DNA of 24,158 bases from a virus (taxonomy: Duplodnaviria > Caudoviricetes). Location: the IMG/VR virus record IMGVR_UViG_3300012038_000161, positions 1 to 24,158 of that record; one strand, 5' to 3'. The translations under genes were made by a program, and so were the position numbers. Under the pieces are notes generated by a model, which was not told the DNA's origin, did no database searches, and saw only the letters and a list, made by a program, of their open reading frames with translations. Below are positions 23,055-24,158 of the stretch, in pieces (positions within the stretch are counted from its first letter, which is position 1; each line of letters opens with the position of its first letter).

Positions 23055-24157
23055 AGCGTGAAGTGAACCTCGTTCGCATCGGTGAACAGAGACCCCAACG
23101 AAGTCGCCCGGAAAATCTGCGGTGCGCCGATCTCCGATCCGGACGCGCTTATACGGTGCAGGGCCAGGGGATCGAGCACCACAAACGGCTCGCCGATCAT
23201 GTGGTCGGCCACCGCAAACTCGCTCCCCCTGCGGCCGCGCAATAGGTTTGACAGCCTGTAGATGCCAGAGCCGAGAGCGACCGCCGTCGTCCACTGGATA
23301 ATCTCGACGTCGCCGTTGATCTTAATCAGCGCCGCAGCGTTGGCGCCGTTGAGCACGTTGGCCTGGCTCTCGCTCGACAGCATGAAAATGTCCGGTCTTA
23401 CCAGATGTACGTCGAGGGTGTTGACCGTGTCCCAGGTGTTTACATTGGCCGGGGGGAGCAGGGCAGTCCTGGCGTAGCCAATACAGCTCTGCACGTCCAT
23501 GGTCGCGATGTCGGTATAGGTTTGACCATCATCTATTGACTTGGCGATGATGGCGCCTGTCCAAGGTGGGTTGTAGCCGCTGACTGCCAGATAGTAGCCG
23601 ATCCCGTTGTCCTCGGGGCGCAACAGCACCGAGTCAAAAACAATCAACCGCGTCGATCCGGCAAGCCCGACAACCTTGGGAATAAGACCACCGGATGGCG
23701 TGCCGCCTAGCGCGACGTAACCGGAATAAAGGCCGGGGTCCTCGGACACTGCTTTCACCACTATGATTCCCGGTTGACCGTATTCCACGCCAGCCGCCCG
23801 AAAGCGCAGCGTGCGCGGGACCGCCACTTGAACTACCTCGGCCACACCCATCGCGCGCGCGCCTACGAGGGACACGCTAACCAGGGTCTGATCATCGATA
23901 ACCAGAGCGTCGGCGCCGACGGCCGCCGTCCTGACAATCGACGGCACGTTGAACCGCGCGGATACCGTCGGTTGTCCGACCGCGAGCGTCCCGACCAGAG
24001 AGGCAGCAACGAGGGTGTTGGCGTCGACTACATAGTGGTCGCCCACCCCGGTCGAGGCATTGACCAGCGAGGGGGCCTGTAACGCGCGTCCGAGCGTTGG
24101 CGTGCCGATCGCCAGCGGGCCGGTTAATGATGGGATAGTGAGAGCTACGGCGAGTAC
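23051..24157 (-). CDS. GTA-like tail-tip/host-specificity protein, 5' truncated by the window
   Basis: VLNGANAAAL...EIIQW..A......YRLSNLLRGRRGSE; frame is open to the window edge. Confidence 0.85.
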   Translation of the reverse strand, partial: VLAVALTIPSLTGPLAIGTPTLGRALQAPSLVNASTGVGDHYVVDANTLVAASLVGTLAVGQPTVSARFNVPSIVRTAAVGADALVIDDQTLVSVSLVGARAMGVAEVVQVAVPRTLRFRAAGVEYGQPGIIVVKAVSEDPGLYSGYVALGGTPSGGLIPKVVGLAGSTRLIVFDSVLLRPEDNGIGYYLAVSGYNPPWTGAIIAKSIDDGQTYTDIATMDVQSCIGYARTALLPPANVNTWDTVNTLDVHLVRPDIFMLSSESQANVLNGANAAALIKINGDVEIIQWTTAVALGSGIYRLSNLLRGRRGSEFAVADHMIGEPFVVLDPLALHRISASGSEIGAPQIFRATSLGSLFTDANEVHFTL

Positions 24158-24158
24158 C

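Noticed and set aside
14898-24158. Diversity-generating retroelement or invertase-based tail switching
   Set aside because: No reverse transcriptase, no adenine-variant TR/VR pair and no invertase seen in the window

Overview
This window is about 24 kb of a temperate tailed phage, apparently in its free or excised form: an intact attP (tRNA 3' fragment with arm-type repeats on both sides) lies inside the 3' end of the tyrosine integrase gene. Left to right: attP/int; a long leftward early operon running from a Cro-like gene through a CII-like regulator, HNH, replication initiator with iterons, helicase loader-like gene and VRR-NUC nuclease down to int; a rightward immunity cassette (XRE repressor, WYL protein, zinc-ribbon membrane protein); then leftward late genes (split tail-tip gene, Com-like zinc finger, sigma-like/FN3 ORF, secreted and fibre-like proteins, lysis genes, secreted HNH-like protein). 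The most unusual elements are: (1) a Com-like gene followed by two perfect 26-nt repeats, one overlapping an intrinsic terminator, directly ahead of a sigma-like domain fused in frame to a signal/TM segment and FN3 domain; (2) an ORF built as a DNA repeat-spacer array of unrelated modules; (3) attP inside int, predicted to swap the integrase C-terminus on integration. All product calls come from motif recognition by eye; no database searches were run.
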